The translations under genes and the position numbers were made by a program. From positions 806,001 through 870,000 of the forward strand of contig JAQOWU010000008.1 of the NCBI GenBank assembly GCA_030867685.1: a DNA stretch of 64,000 nt, read 5' to 3'. Of the stretch, positions 40,303 to 50,675 are shown in pieces. Source of the DNA: Wickerhamiella versatilis. Lineage: Eukaryota. Below the pieces are notes generated by a model that had not been told where the DNA came from, made no database searches, and saw only the letters and a list, made by a program, of their open reading frames with translations. Position 1 is the stretch's first letter; each line of letters begins with the position of its first letter.

Positions 40303-41877
40303 ATGCATGACCTGACGGCCGAAGTCCAGGCTGTGTTAACAGCACTCTCACAGATTGCTATACCGGCAAACGACCGCATACGTCAAGCTGTATGGATTTT
40401 GCCTTTAATTAAGAATCCTGCAAATGTTCAACTGGTAGCTCGTAACTTGGCAACACCTGAGATTGTGGCTTCTGAAACGAGCCTTTTCGTTGAGGGCATA
40501 GCCGCAGCAGCCCAAAGAAAAAAAGAGATAACAAGTCCAACTATCCCGTTTTCCGAGTGGAGGCTTCTGATACTCGAGCAGGCTAAGAATTGTCCTGCGC
40601 TAGGTGCTCTGGGTTTACTTTCAGGTCTACTGTTGTATGAACCTTTTGCATTAGCGGAGCCTATTCTTCTGTCTACAGCATTTCAGCTTGTCGGATCATT
40701 GATACAAGAGGAGATAGAAGGTACTATAATTTGTATTTCTTGGGCGCAGTATCATCTCTCTAATGAAACTCTCAATAACCTGCCTCTTGAATTATTACAA
40801 CCTACCTTGGAGTTTCTTTACGCTAAAAATTATACAACTCCGCGACTGAATATCACCCGAGAATATGGACCTTGTAGTGGGCTCATACGAGCATTGCTGA
40901 GAAGAAGTGGAGATATTACTTCTTGGTTTGGGGCAACTTATTCAGTAGTTCGCACAGCTATGTGGTCATACAAGTCTCAATTGCTAGAAGACTACAAGAG
41001 GTTTTTATTTGGAATTGTCATCCAACTGCAAGGAGTGGCTGAAAGGTTCTTGGAATCTCCCAGACTCGAAAGTGAATTAGCTCGTTGGGTGATTGTTTTA
41101 CTACAGCCGTTAGGTCAGGTAATAGAAGAAACAGGATTTTTTGAAAATTTCGCGTTTGTGTACGGTCTCTCAATTGATGTCATAATGGCATCGCAACCAG
41201 ACCTGGTTGAGGCGACTGTAGAGGACCTGGAACTCACATGCTTATATGAGTTCCAGGACAACGAAGAAGTTCATTTAGGGCTGGAACTATATTTTATGGG
41301 GGTTGTCGAACTTCTCTCCCCTAAACTATCCCCAACGTTTAAGAATCATATCGCCTCAGCAGTAATGAAGTATGCAGTACGACCCGGGCCAGCTTTTGGT
41401 GCATCCCACTCTCTTCTTATCACAATAATTACTGAATCAAATGCATCAATGTATATGAACCTGGTATTGAGTCTGTTCCCTGATTCCCTAACATATGCTC
41501 AATTCCATGCAGCAGCTGATAGAATTGTCACAGTAGATAGCTCCGGCACTTTATTGGAAAAATTATTTCAACTTTCAAGCTCGACCAGTCCTGACTTAAA
41601 GCTGCCTAGGGATGATATTCCTACCCTGAGGGCAGCTTATGCCAGCGTTCTTGTTCATGCATTGCCCATATGTTGTACTGTGGAACAATTTGGTAGCTGG
41701 CTAGATCAGGTGTCCATTCTCGTGGGCGAGTTCGGCAGTAGACCTGGATCCAGTGGTGATACTTCGACTGAAATTCGCTGGCTCAAAAATGAGATTGCGA
41801 ATGTTTGTTCTGACCTAGATCTTAGTCTTAGCGATACTGGAATATCATGGTGGTTCCGGCACCGTTATAACCTATAA
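40303..41877 (+). CDS. PEX8: Peroxin 8-like helical protein
   Basis: LPLIKNPANVQL, KKEITSPTIPFSEW, LFGIVIQLQG, FAFVYGLSID, LYFMGVVE, GISWWF pattern typical of Pex8. Confidence 0.7.
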   Translation: MHDLTAEVQAVLTALSQIAIPANDRIRQAVWILPLIKNPANVQLVARNLATPEIVASETSLFVEGIAAAAQRKKEITSPTIPFSEWRLLILEQAKNCPALGALGLLSGLLLYEPFALAEPILLSTAFQLVGSLIQEEIEGTIICISWAQYHLSNETLNNLPLELLQPTLEFLYAKNYTTPRLNITREYGPCSGLIRALLRRSGDITSWFGATYSVVRTAMWSYKSQLLEDYKRFLFGIVIQLQGVAERFLESPRLESELARWVIVLLQPLGQVIEETGFFENFAFVYGLSIDVIMASQPDLVEATVEDLELTCLYEFQDNEEVHLGLELYFMGVVELLSPKLSPTFKNHIASAVMKYAVRPGPAFGASHSLLITIITESNASMYMNLVLSLFPDSLTYAQFHAAADRIVTVDSSGTLLEKLFQLSSSTSPDLKLPRDDIPTLRAAYASVLVHALPICCTVEQFGSWLDQVSILVGEFGSRPGSSGDTSTEIRWLKNEIANVCSDLDLSLSDTGISWWFRHRYNL

Positions 41878-41894
41878 ATTACAATATAGCTTTA

Positions 41895-42875
41895 TTAATT
41901 TTGAGTGGCGCGGTCAGTTGCTACTTTTTTTAGCCTTTCAGTGAGTTGCCCTTGCAATTGAGGCCCAAAAATATTATCGGAGCCCGTCGCTAGGCCTATA
42001 TTCGAGGTCGCTGCAATACTGGTATCCTCCATTACAGTCTCTGGTGCCTTGTTTGACGCCCATTTCATTGGCAATTTTATCTTCTCAAAATTCGGGTAGA
42101 CACAGCGATCTGCGAAGCGTTTTTGAAGAGTGGATTCAACTAATTGTCCTAGCTTTGGTACATCTTCAAGCTTTGAACGACCACCTATCATACTGTGGAC
42201 TTGAAATTCAAGGCTGAAACTAGGTGAAAAGCTGAACGTTATGAAAGTTTGGCCATCCGTCTCAGTGAGCAGGGAAACGCTCACCCTTCCACTGAAATTC
42301 ACTAATGATACAGAGGCTGAAATAGGAAGACATGCGAGCATCGGTTTGGGATAGTTGAGGAGAAATCGGGTCTCGATCCCCAGAGTAATCTTATCCTTGA
42401 GGTCGATATCAAACTGAGCTTCGAGCCCATCGCTAAAATTTCGGTTGGCTGTACGGTATACTTTACAATTATTCAAAAGGGGATAATCGCTGCCAAGATT
42501 AAGTTCTGTCACACGAATTGCATCGACAAATGACGGTACCTTATCACTGTGGAGAATACGATTCAAGAGGTTTAGTAAATTCTCGTTAACAAGAGCTTGT
42601 TGTCGTAATGAATTTATAGTCATGGCCAGTAAAACGGTGAACCAGTCCATAGATTCTGCGGGATGAGTGTCAACGTCGTAATAAATTTGCTCGAGGATAG
42701 AATCGAGCGGTTGAGAACCCTCGGGAGCCACCGTAACTTTCGCATTGGAGGGCGATTCATTTTTTACTAGTGGTACATCAGCAAAAATAAAGAATCGTAT
42801 TAGAACCATAACAAACAGTAACACGCTTGTCTGGCCCACCAGCAGGCCCATAGCGAATCCGGATATCCCGGACAT
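41895..42875 (-). CDS. MMM1: ERMES complex SMP-domain subunit
   Basis: GFAMGLLVGQ TM, YYDVDTHPAESMDWFTVL, ELNLGSDYP, LGIETRFLLNYPKP, IGGRSKLEDVPK; first ATG 42875. Confidence 0.93.
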   Translation of the reverse strand: MSGISGFAMGLLVGQTSVLLFVMVLIRFFIFADVPLVKNESPSNAKVTVAPEGSQPLDSILEQIYYDVDTHPAESMDWFTVLLAMTINSLRQQALVNENLLNLLNRILHSDKVPSFVDAIRVTELNLGSDYPLLNNCKVYRTANRNFSDGLEAQFDIDLKDKITLGIETRFLLNYPKPMLACLPISASVSLVNFSGRVSVSLLTETDGQTFITFSFSPSFSLEFQVHSMIGGRSKLEDVPKLGQLVESTLQKRFADRCVYPNFEKIKLPMKWASNKAPETVMEDTSIAATSNIGLATGSDNIFGPQLQGQLTERLKKVATDRATQN

Positions 42876-43091
42876 TCGCCGGTATGTCAGCAAGGCTGGT
42901 CGGTAGGGTCTCCTTGTGAAATGAGCCTAATACGAAAAATAGTAAGTAAAAAATTGAATTTTTTTTATTCAAATGTCAGGATTGTACTGAAATATGGCAC
43001 TTAAGAGGAACAATGCATTTAACATGTCAATCACAGAAATGCACCTCGTTCCAAGTGCTTATATCATCTTTTTTTTGTAGCCGGACTTGAT

Positions 43092-44558
43092 ATGGCACGA
43101 CGTAAAAGTTCAAAGGATAAGGAACTGAAACCAGAGTCATCTCAGAATGAACCTGTTCCGGAGGATATTTCTGAATCAAGTAGCAGTGAAGAGGAAGATG
43201 AAAATGCCAATTTGGTCACCGAAGACATAGATCAGGGAATCAAACAAGTACTCGAAACAATTCGAAATCATCCCGAAGACCTTAAGGACAAATCACGCAA
43301 TTTTTTCCCAGAAATAGGTCGCGAAAGCGATGCTCCGATTGCACAGGATAATGCACATAAACCCATGTACCTTGGTGATTACCAGCGTGAGATGCTCCTG
43401 AATGGAAGCAATGAAGAAAACTACCAACCGGTTTCTGGAAGCTATAGTGCTAATCAAGAAAATCAACGTTCAGAATTGCTTAAAGCTGCTAAAGAACAAG
43501 AACAGTCGCAGGATAGGGATAATAACAAAGAGGATGATGATGACGATGATGACGATGATTTCCTGCAAAAGCGCGAGTCGACTAGACAAGTCGAACCGTT
43601 GGAATTACCAAACCCGGACAAAGATGCTGATGGGTTTCTGAATGCTTATTTGGATAACCGTGGCTGGATCTCCAAACCTCAGGAAAGTTCGACATATAAA
43701 GAAGTCGTGGGTGGTGACGAGGATAGCGATTCCTTTGATGATCTAAACGAAAAGTTTGAATCTGCATATAACTTCCGTTTTGAGGACCCTAATTCTGCCG
43801 AAATTGTCAGCTATGCCCGTGACCAAAATACGCTGCGGCGATCGAAGGATAGCTCACGAAAGCGTGCGAGGGAGCGAAAGCGTGAATTGAAAGATGCAGA
43901 GGAGCAGCAAAATAAGCTTGAGCTTTCAAAGCTTCGTAAGGGCAAGATAGGAGAGATAACATCGAAGTTGGAGCAGTTGCAGAATGTGGCAGACTTGGGA
44001 GGGGGAATAACAGAGGCAGATCTCGAGGGTGATTGGAATGATAATGAATGGGATCAGCGCATGCAACAGCTTTTTAATGACGATTATTATGCTCAAGAAG
44101 ATGCCGAGTGGAACCAAGACCCCACGGCAGATCAAGAACTCCCGGCTAAGAAATTGTCCAAGCGGGAACTAAAACGCAAAGCCGAGGAAATCGTGGACTC
44201 AAACACCGACTTACTGCTCGATGAAGCATATAAACCCACCACCGATTTCCGTTACCGTGAGGTTGAACCAGAGTCTTTTGGTCTGACCACTAGAGATATT
44301 CTACTGGCTGACGACAAACAATTGAATAAATATGTTGGGCTTAAAAAATTGGCTTCGTTCCGTGATGCTGACAAGGTATCGAAGGACCGCCAAAGATACT
44401 CGAAAAAGAAGAAGCTCAAGGAATGGCGTCGCGATGTCTTTGGTACGGCCTCAGAACCGGGCAATGAGCACTGGGAACGAATTTGGAAGGAGGCTCAGCA
44501 AGAACCCGGGTCCCAGCCCAAGCACCAGAGCAAGAAACGCCGAAAGACTAACAGCTAG
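43092..44558 (+). CDS. KRI1: 40S biogenesis factor
   Basis: KPMYLGDY, FESAYNFRFEDP, FRYREVEPESFGLTTRDILLADDKQLNKYVGLKKLASFR. Confidence 0.93.
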   Translation: MARRKSSKDKELKPESSQNEPVPEDISESSSSEEEDENANLVTEDIDQGIKQVLETIRNHPEDLKDKSRNFFPEIGRESDAPIAQDNAHKPMYLGDYQREMLLNGSNEENYQPVSGSYSANQENQRSELLKAAKEQEQSQDRDNNKEDDDDDDDDDFLQKRESTRQVEPLELPNPDKDADGFLNAYLDNRGWISKPQESSTYKEVVGGDEDSDSFDDLNEKFESAYNFRFEDPNSAEIVSYARDQNTLRRSKDSSRKRARERKRELKDAEEQQNKLELSKLRKGKIGEITSKLEQLQNVADLGGGITEADLEGDWNDNEWDQRMQQLFNDDYYAQEDAEWNQDPTADQELPAKKLSKRELKRKAEEIVDSNTDLLLDEAYKPTTDFRYREVEPESFGLTTRDILLADDKQLNKYVGLKKLASFRDADKVSKDRQRYSKKKKLKEWRRDVFGTASEPGNEHWERIWKEAQQEPGSQPKHQSKKRRKTNS

Positions 44559-44681
44559 GTTAAGTGAGCCTATCTGCAAGCTCTGTTGAGTACCGTCATG
44601 CACCATCTGCAAGCCCATCTCCTAGCATAAGAACCTTTAGAATTCTCGTATATAAAATTTATCCTATTAATACAAGCTACA

Positions 44682-45494
44682 TTAAAGCATGCGGTGAATC
44701 TGCCGGTCAGAATCTGGGGCATGACCCCACCACTTGAATAAGAAATTCTCACATATTAATTTGAACCAAGGAGTGAAGTGAGTACTTTCATCCCGAAACA
44801 TTTGCTGTAATTCATCTTTTGACACCCACCGCCAGTCACGCACCTCATTGGGAGATGCGTTGACCTCGGGATCGGCATGAACAAAGAGAATGTAATCAAC
44901 CTCATGCTCTCCCCAGTGTCCTGAAGATGGTGCCATGTAATGGATCCTCGTTATAAAATCGAAATTATCTACCGGCACATACTTTTCAGCAATGCCAAGC
45001 TCGTGATCCAACTTGCGAATCGCTGCCTGTTTCACACCTGCCACTGCAACATCCAAATTCACGGACTCGGAGACCGTCCGGCCCATCTCGGAGCTAACGG
45101 CAAGTGGATGAGAGCAACAGGTATTTGTCCACAGATCTGGGAAGGTGATTTTTTCTGAGGCCCGTTGCTGCAATAATAGTTCACCCTTTGTGTTAAACAT
45201 AAATACCGAAAACGCGCGGTGCAAGAGCCCTTGCCGAATGTTATCCATTAAATGGAGTGTTTTTTTCGATCCAGCTGCATACGGTCTGTCATCCCAATCC
45301 ACACATATACATGCCTCCTCCATAAGTCTAATCTGCTCCTGGTCATGGCCAGCGAAAATATCCTCGTCCACCTGTGAGGCAGTTGTATTCCCGCTTGAGG
45401 ACGAAGATGGTCGGTTTTCCAGCTCCTCGAGATCCAGAAATGTTGCGAGCATTTTCTTAGGCGTCGCCTCTCGCACTATGTCCGCATACGTCAT
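44682..45494 (-). CDS. IDI1: Isopentenyl-diphosphate delta-isomerase
   Basis: LLHRAFSVF, LLQQRASEKITFPDLWTNTCCSHPL, WGEHEVDYIL, FTPWFKLI, C-terminal IHRML. Confidence 0.97.
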   Translation of the reverse strand: MTYADIVREATPKKMLATFLDLEELENRPSSSSSGNTTASQVDEDIFAGHDQEQIRLMEEACICVDWDDRPYAAGSKKTLHLMDNIRQGLLHRAFSVFMFNTKGELLLQQRASEKITFPDLWTNTCCSHPLAVSSEMGRTVSESVNLDVAVAGVKQAAIRKLDHELGIAEKYVPVDNFDFITRIHYMAPSSGHWGEHEVDYILFVHADPEVNASPNEVRDWRWVSKDELQQMFRDESTHFTPWFKLICENFLFKWWGHAPDSDRQIHRML

Positions 45495-45785
45495 TGTCTA
45501 GCAGAAGCTCACCTCTATATTGGTTACTCAGCGTAAGCATTCTGAGGTCCACTGGATAGGACGACGTGACCTAGCCCTCGCCTGTCATCCTGCTGCCTCT
45601 CGGTACATTTCTCGAGAGAATTAATGCATCTGTGCGACTGTGAACCAAAGTAATTTTAATTTTATAATGTCGTGTAGTTGTAAATTGATACCACTGCTTT
45701 TTTCTGGCACAAACACCAGTAGTGGTGCCTTAAGATAGTGCAGTGACGTAAGCAGATCCGAGCTTGAAATTTCAAACGTGTAAAA

Positions 45786-47153
45786 ATGCCTACAGCACCC
45801 AAAGTAAGCCGCCCTAATCGTGCGGATCTCGATAAGACTCTGAATTCTCTGAAGAAGCAGCTCGAGGAACAACGTGCCAAACAAAATAAAGCCAAGGAGA
45901 CTCGCGGTGGCGAGCCGAAGTCTGCTGAATGGAAAAAGCTTCTGGAGGAGCGTAGGGCAGTGACCAACGAGCGGGACACAGCCCGTGATGCAGTTTCTGG
46001 TGTTCAAAACCAGATAAAATCAAGGGATGCTGCTTTGAAGAAGAAGTTGAAAGATGTCCAAACCCTTCGTCCTGCGTCGGGACCCAAGTCCGTTGGAGAG
46101 CTTGACAAGCTGGTGCAGAGGTTGGAGAAGGCTATCGAATCCGGTAGCCTCTCGCTCAAGGACGAAAGAATCACTCTTAAGGAGATTTCGAGCCTTAAGA
46201 ACCAGCGTCTGCTCTTTGCCAAAGCCGACAAATTACAGGCGGAGGTTGATTCTGAACGTGGCGAAATCGCCAAGCTCCGAAAATCTGTTGATGATGCACC
46301 TCTGAAAGCCGCTCGTAAGAAGCTGGATGAAATCAACTCTAAATTGGATGCTAGCAGGGCCGCATCGAACAAGAAAGACGAAGCATTCCAAAAGGTCAAG
46401 GCTGAAGTCGACGTTGAGATCAAGCGTATATTTTCTGAGATGGATGCAGCCCGCGCTGATTACCGCCAGAGAATGGAGTCATTCCGTGAGTTTGAAAAGC
46501 AACGCGAGCAGGAGGAGAAAGAAGAACAGGCCAAGGTCGCCCGTGCTAAGAAACTTGCCGCTGCTGAGGCCAAGGTCGAGTCTGCGAAGGTTAACTCTGC
46601 CTTCGACGAAAACATTACCATGGCAGAGTCATTGCTCTCTGTGATCGATCCTAGTTTCCACCCCGAAAATAAACCTTCATCCGGCTTGGTATCCGGTGAT
46701 AGCAAGCTGGGAGCTGTGCGCGAAAGCCGAAAGGTAGAGAATGGCCCCTCAGGAGCCAAGCTCCTCAAGAAGGAGGATGTAGCAAACCAAGTACCTTTGT
46801 CGCGTAAGGAACTCAAGCGTCGTAATGCGTCCAAATCTTCCACCGAGGGCTCGGGCAAAGTGCAATTTGATTTCACTGTCTTGGAGGGGCTGGCGTCACT
46901 CAATATCCCCTTGCCATCCTCTAGCTCTGACCTTGATGACACCAAGAAACAAATTGCCGAGAAGATCCAGTTCTACAAGGACAACAATGCCAGAGTTACT
47001 CAAGAACGTGTTGATCGTGCTGAGCAGGAGCTCGAGAAGGTTAAGAAGGAAATTGACGAGGGTAACACTGAGCCAGAAGCACGAGAGGTGGCTGAAGAGG
47101 AATCTCGTAAGGAAAAATCCAACATTGTGGACCCAGTCGCTGCTAGTGCCTAA
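45786..47153 (+). CDS. BFR1: Coiled-coil polysome/mRNP-associated protein
   Basis: KSVGELDKLVQRLEKAIESGSLSLKDERITLKEISSL; KIQFYKDNNARVT; lies near MCA1 as in S. cerevisiae. Confidence 0.8.
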   Translation: MPTAPKVSRPNRADLDKTLNSLKKQLEEQRAKQNKAKETRGGEPKSAEWKKLLEERRAVTNERDTARDAVSGVQNQIKSRDAALKKKLKDVQTLRPASGPKSVGELDKLVQRLEKAIESGSLSLKDERITLKEISSLKNQRLLFAKADKLQAEVDSERGEIAKLRKSVDDAPLKAARKKLDEINSKLDASRAASNKKDEAFQKVKAEVDVEIKRIFSEMDAARADYRQRMESFREFEKQREQEEKEEQAKVARAKKLAAAEAKVESAKVNSAFDENITMAESLLSVIDPSFHPENKPSSGLVSGDSKLGAVRESRKVENGPSGAKLLKKEDVANQVPLSRKELKRRNASKSSTEGSGKVQFDFTVLEGLASLNIPLPSSSSDLDDTKKQIAEKIQFYKDNNARVTQERVDRAEQELEKVKKEIDEGNTEPEAREVAEEESRKEKSNIVDPVAASA

Positions 47154-47208
47154 ATTTCTATCAACGAATAGTATAGTCTTTTTCTTAGTCATAAGAATTT
47201 AAAGCCAG

Positions 47209-47769
47209 ATGGTGCAACCCACGCGTTTGCGCAAGATCGCTGTCGTAGGATCACGTGCGGTAGGAAAGAGCACTATGATTGTGCGCTTTGTTGAGGAGCA
47301 CTTTGTGGAGTCGTACTACCCCACCATTGAGAACCAATTCAGCAAGACAATCAGGATTCGGGGCCAGGAGTATAACGTTGAGATATTGGACACGGCAGGC
47401 CAGGACGAGTACAGCATAATTAATCAGAAGCATCTTATTGGAGTTGATGGTTTCATTCTGGCCTACAGTGTGACCAACCGATCTACATTCGATATGATCA
47501 ACGTCATCTACGACAAGATTTTGAACTACTCGGGAGCTGACTCGGTTCCAGCAGTAGTCGTTGGAAACAAAAGCGATCTCCAACTACAGCGCCAGGTATC
47601 AGAGGAGGAAGGTAAAGCCCTCGCGGATGAGCTGAAGATTGGTTTTACTGAGACGTCCGCACGACTCAATGAAAACATTGATAGGGCTTTTGAGTCGCTC
47701 ATTATGGCCATTGAGAAGCAGAATAATCCTAAATCTGCGGATGAGGAGAAGAATTGCTCTGTCATGTAA
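47209..47769 (+). CDS. RHB1: Rheb small GTPase
   Basis: GSRAVGKST (Rheb-specific Arg), FVESYYPTIEN, DTAGQDEYS, GNKSD, CAAX CSVM. Confidence 0.95.
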   Translation: MVQPTRLRKIAVVGSRAVGKSTMIVRFVEEHFVESYYPTIENQFSKTIRIRGQEYNVEILDTAGQDEYSIINQKHLIGVDGFILAYSVTNRSTFDMINVIYDKILNYSGADSVPAVVVGNKSDLQLQRQVSEEEGKALADELKIGFTETSARLNENIDRAFESLIMAIEKQNNPKSADEEKNCSVM

Positions 47770-47807
47770 GCCTATATAAGTATATTGTCTTTTTCTAATC
47801 TGGAGAA

Positions 47808-48806
47808 CTATAGTACAAACCAAAGATTTGTGTCGAGTGGGTGTGAACATGAAAGTTGCGGTTTCTGCTGAAAGCGTCCCATCATAACACTACGAACGTT
47901 GTTTAGCAGTGAATAATACGTCTGCTGAGGGTTGCGGCTCATCACTTCAAGGAACGAGTATGACATTGCACCAGCTTGGACTGAACCCTGGCTGGCATCT
48001 GCGGAAGTTTGGTCATCTTTGCAGCCTGAAAATGAAATTACATCCGCTGGTGATGCTTTTAACTGCCTTACGCGATCTACGTTTTTGGAACCACCGGATA
48101 CCATACGGTTGAATCCCGAGGATAAGGAGCCGAAAGCACCCATTATATCTCCAGTATCGTAAGACATGAGCGCATTCATAGCACTTTTACCGACATCTTT
48201 CACCATGTTGGGCTCTTTCAAGGTTCCCTGGGTCGAATACATATATGGGAGATCTAGGGCCGTACCACTGTGACAGGAATCAAAAAATGCCGTAAGTCTG
48301 CACCCCGGCGGAAGTGGCCGGACCATAATATCATGCATCATATCGTCAACAATATGACCAGCAACTTCAAAATCCACAGGGTATATAACCTCGTCCATTC
48401 CATCATCCTCATCACCATCTAAGTCACGGGTTTCTCCACCATGGCCCGAGTAATGGAAAACAAGACTGTCATTGGGTTGAGCACCAGCCACAAGCCATTG
48501 CATGGCACGTATCATATTTGCCTTCGTTGGTATGGACATAGGATTAGGCTGATCATCAGTCAAAAGTACCGTGTCATCTGGTGAATATCCATGATTCCTC
48601 TGAATGTATGCACACATTGCGCGAGCATCATTTATACATCCACCCAATTCATTCCTAGAACCATAGTAATTTATACCAATCAATAATGCCTTACGACGGC
48701 CACAGTTATTAGAATACTGATACTGCATGCCATGAGATTGCTGCATTCCCTGCGGAATCATATGCCCTCCCTGAGGGGGCATGCCTGGGGGTGGACCGTA
48801 AGACAT
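47808..48806 (-). CDS. MCA1: Metacaspase
   Basis: RKALLIGINY, GCINDA, FHYSGHG (catalytic His), DSCHSGTALDLPY (catalytic Cys), QKPQLS; first ATG 48806. Confidence 0.96.
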   Translation of the reverse strand: MSYGPPPGMPPQGGHMIPQGMQQSHGMQYQYSNNCGRRKALLIGINYYGSRNELGGCINDARAMCAYIQRNHGYSPDDTVLLTDDQPNPMSIPTKANMIRAMQWLVAGAQPNDSLVFHYSGHGGETRDLDGDEDDGMDEVIYPVDFEVAGHIVDDMMHDIMVRPLPPGCRLTAFFDSCHSGTALDLPYMYSTQGTLKEPNMVKDVGKSAMNALMSYDTGDIMGAFGSLSSGFNRMVSGGSKNVDRVRQLKASPADVISFSGCKDDQTSADASQGSVQAGAMSYSFLEVMSRNPQQTYYSLLNNVRSVMMGRFQQKPQLSCSHPLDTNLWFVL

Positions 48807-48913
48807 GATTATAAATTGGGGGTGGTGGTTCACAGATCTCTAACTTAAGCTTGGATCCTGACATTGCCATGTAGCGTTATAGTTTGTTGCTATTGCAATC
48901 TAACAAGCAATAA

Positions 48914-48985
48914 GGGCGTATGGTGTAGTGGTATCACGTCAGTTTTGCATACTGAAGGTCTCCGGTTCAATCCCGGATGCGTCCA
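48914..48985 (+). tRNA. tRNA-Ala(TGC)
   Basis: Acceptor GGGCGTA/TGCGTCC+A with G3:U70 Ala identity pair; anticodon arm TCAGT-TTTGCAT-ACTGA; T arm TCCGG-TTCAATC-CCGGA; T7 terminator. Confidence 0.96.
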
Positions 48986-49055
48986 TTTTTTTGCTATGAA
49001 TCCATTTGATTATTAGTAACAAGGACGGAGACAGAGCCCTGGCACCAGGATTAAA

Positions 49056-49673
49056 ATGTCCACACCAGGCATTATAGTCAGTCGTACTCAGCGGGGGAAT
49101 CCTGTACTTGAGCATATCAAGGATGTCAGGCTAATCGAGGAAAAAGGTCTCAAGGTGGACTACGTTACGAGTCAAACTACAGGAGTACTATTTTTGAGCA
49201 TGAAATACCACAATGTGCGCCCAGACTATATTTTTCAACGCATTGCTAAATTGAAAAATGCGTATAAATTACGCGTTTTGTTGGTTAAGAAAGATGAGAC
49301 GAATGTCTTGAATACAGTTAAAGAGCTCACGTCAATAAGTCTTGATAACAATCTAACCATGGTTGTGGTAAGTTCTGATGAGGAAGCAGCGGCCTATCTT
49401 GGAGAGCTTTGGAAACGGTCGGGCACTCGAGGAACCACAATTCAAGGTCGTGTTAAGGACGACTATAAAGAGCAATTGTACAATGTTCTTACGAAAATTC
49501 CTACTATCAATAAAAGTGACGTAGTTCAGCTCTCGGGGAATTTCGGCAGCCTACGAAATATTTTACGCAGTGCAGACAACCTTGACGAGTTGCCGCGATT
49601 TGGTCAGACAAAGGCCCGCCATTTCCACAATGCTGTGAATGAGCCATTCACCATGGGACAAACAAGCCGATGA
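49056..49673 (+). CDS. RAD10: ERCC1-like nucleotide excision repair endonuclease subunit
   Basis: IIVSRTQRGNPVLEHI, VLFLSMKYHNVRPDYI, LTKIPTINKSD...FGSL HhH2 domain. Confidence 0.9.
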   Translation: MSTPGIIVSRTQRGNPVLEHIKDVRLIEEKGLKVDYVTSQTTGVLFLSMKYHNVRPDYIFQRIAKLKNAYKLRVLLVKKDETNVLNTVKELTSISLDNNLTMVVVSSDEEAAAYLGELWKRSGTRGTTIQGRVKDDYKEQLYNVLTKIPTINKSDVVQLSGNFGSLRNILRSADNLDELPRFGQTKARHFHNAVNEPFTMGQTSR

Positions 49674-49793
49674 TGAATCACAACAAGTCCATAAGTATCG
49701 GTGGTAATTTATTTAAAGGATTGCTGTCAAACTTGCTCGAGAGCACCCGAACCGGATTACCTATTTTGTCAGCAGCAGACCTGATTCTATAGG

Positions 49794-50582
49794 ATGAAGG
49801 AAGAGAGCCGAAATATTCGTGATCAGCGTTGGACCTGGAATCCAAGCTGCGGTCTGGGAATTTGGGGACCTCTCGTTCCTGCAAGTGATAGACCTGGCTG
49901 TTTATTAACTTTAGCTGGCTTGCAATTCTTCGGAGGCCTTTCACTGTGGCTGCAGCGAAGAAAACCCCCTGCCAGATCTATCTGGGCACATCGTGGGATT
50001 CGACTGGCAAAATTTTTTGCCGGTGGCTACCTCATGTTTTTCGCATCGATGGAAGGAATCCGCTCCCTTTTACCCTATGATCCATGGGTCGAGGATGCAA
50101 AAGAGGCTCGAAGAGAGGCTGGACCTTCTCGTTCAGTCTTGAGATGGTGGTTTGGGCCTAAGAACTATCGTGCTTGCTCTTGGAATGAGTGGAAAAGCCG
50201 TGTAGAGAAATATTTTGCCCGAGTAGAAGCGCCTCTCACGGAGCTCAGCGAGTATGTCCGTTTGCACCAACAAGTACGCAGTAAAAACCGTGAATTACTT
50301 CGTTCCATATTGGATGAAATAAAAGAAGGGACTTTCGACCACCAACCAATTGACGGAATGGGGATGGTTGAGGTAGACGAGGGAATAGATGTTGAGTCCC
50401 TAGGATTTGAGGATCTCGATCTTTGGGCAAGATTTGAGGCACTGACACCATTCAATGTTGTTGTCATCCCTCACTCTATTGTGTTACCGCCAGCAAACTC
50501 ACCAAAAAGATGGAAGAGGGCTGACCGTCTTATGCAAAACGTAGCATTCGCACCAATCCCAAATATTGTTCGTAAGTTCTAG
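49794..50582 (+). CDS. MGR1: Mitochondrial i-AAA protease adaptor
   Basis: PSCGLGIWGPLVPASD, two TM segments, RSLLPYDPWVEDA, WWFGP; directly upstream of EMC1 as in S. cerevisiae. Confidence 0.8.
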   Translation: MKEESRNIRDQRWTWNPSCGLGIWGPLVPASDRPGCLLTLAGLQFFGGLSLWLQRRKPPARSIWAHRGIRLAKFFAGGYLMFFASMEGIRSLLPYDPWVEDAKEARREAGPSRSVLRWWFGPKNYRACSWNEWKSRVEKYFARVEAPLTELSEYVRLHQQVRSKNRELLRSILDEIKEGTFDHQPIDGMGMVEVDEGIDVESLGFEDLDLWARFEALTPFNVVVIPHSIVLPPANSPKRWKRADRLMQNVAFAPIPNIVRKF

Positions 50583-50675
50583 CTGTAAATTATTCTTACT
50601 TTTTGTTATTTTTTGTTGTGTTAGTACGGGAAATCAATACTATGTGCCACCCTGAGATAGAGGCCTACGTGACTA

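Noticed and set aside
43532..43560. GAT/GAC trinucleotide run
   Set aside because: Encodes the ordinary poly-Asp tract of Kri1.
16108..47769. GTR1+RHB1 (TORC1), ERG9+IDI1 (isoprenoid), MGR3+MGR1 (i-AAA) and RAD53/HMCES/CMR1/RAD10 (DNA damage) as functional clusters
   Set aside because: Members are separated by up to about 36 kb of unrelated genes; such pairs are expected by chance among 46 housekeeping genes.
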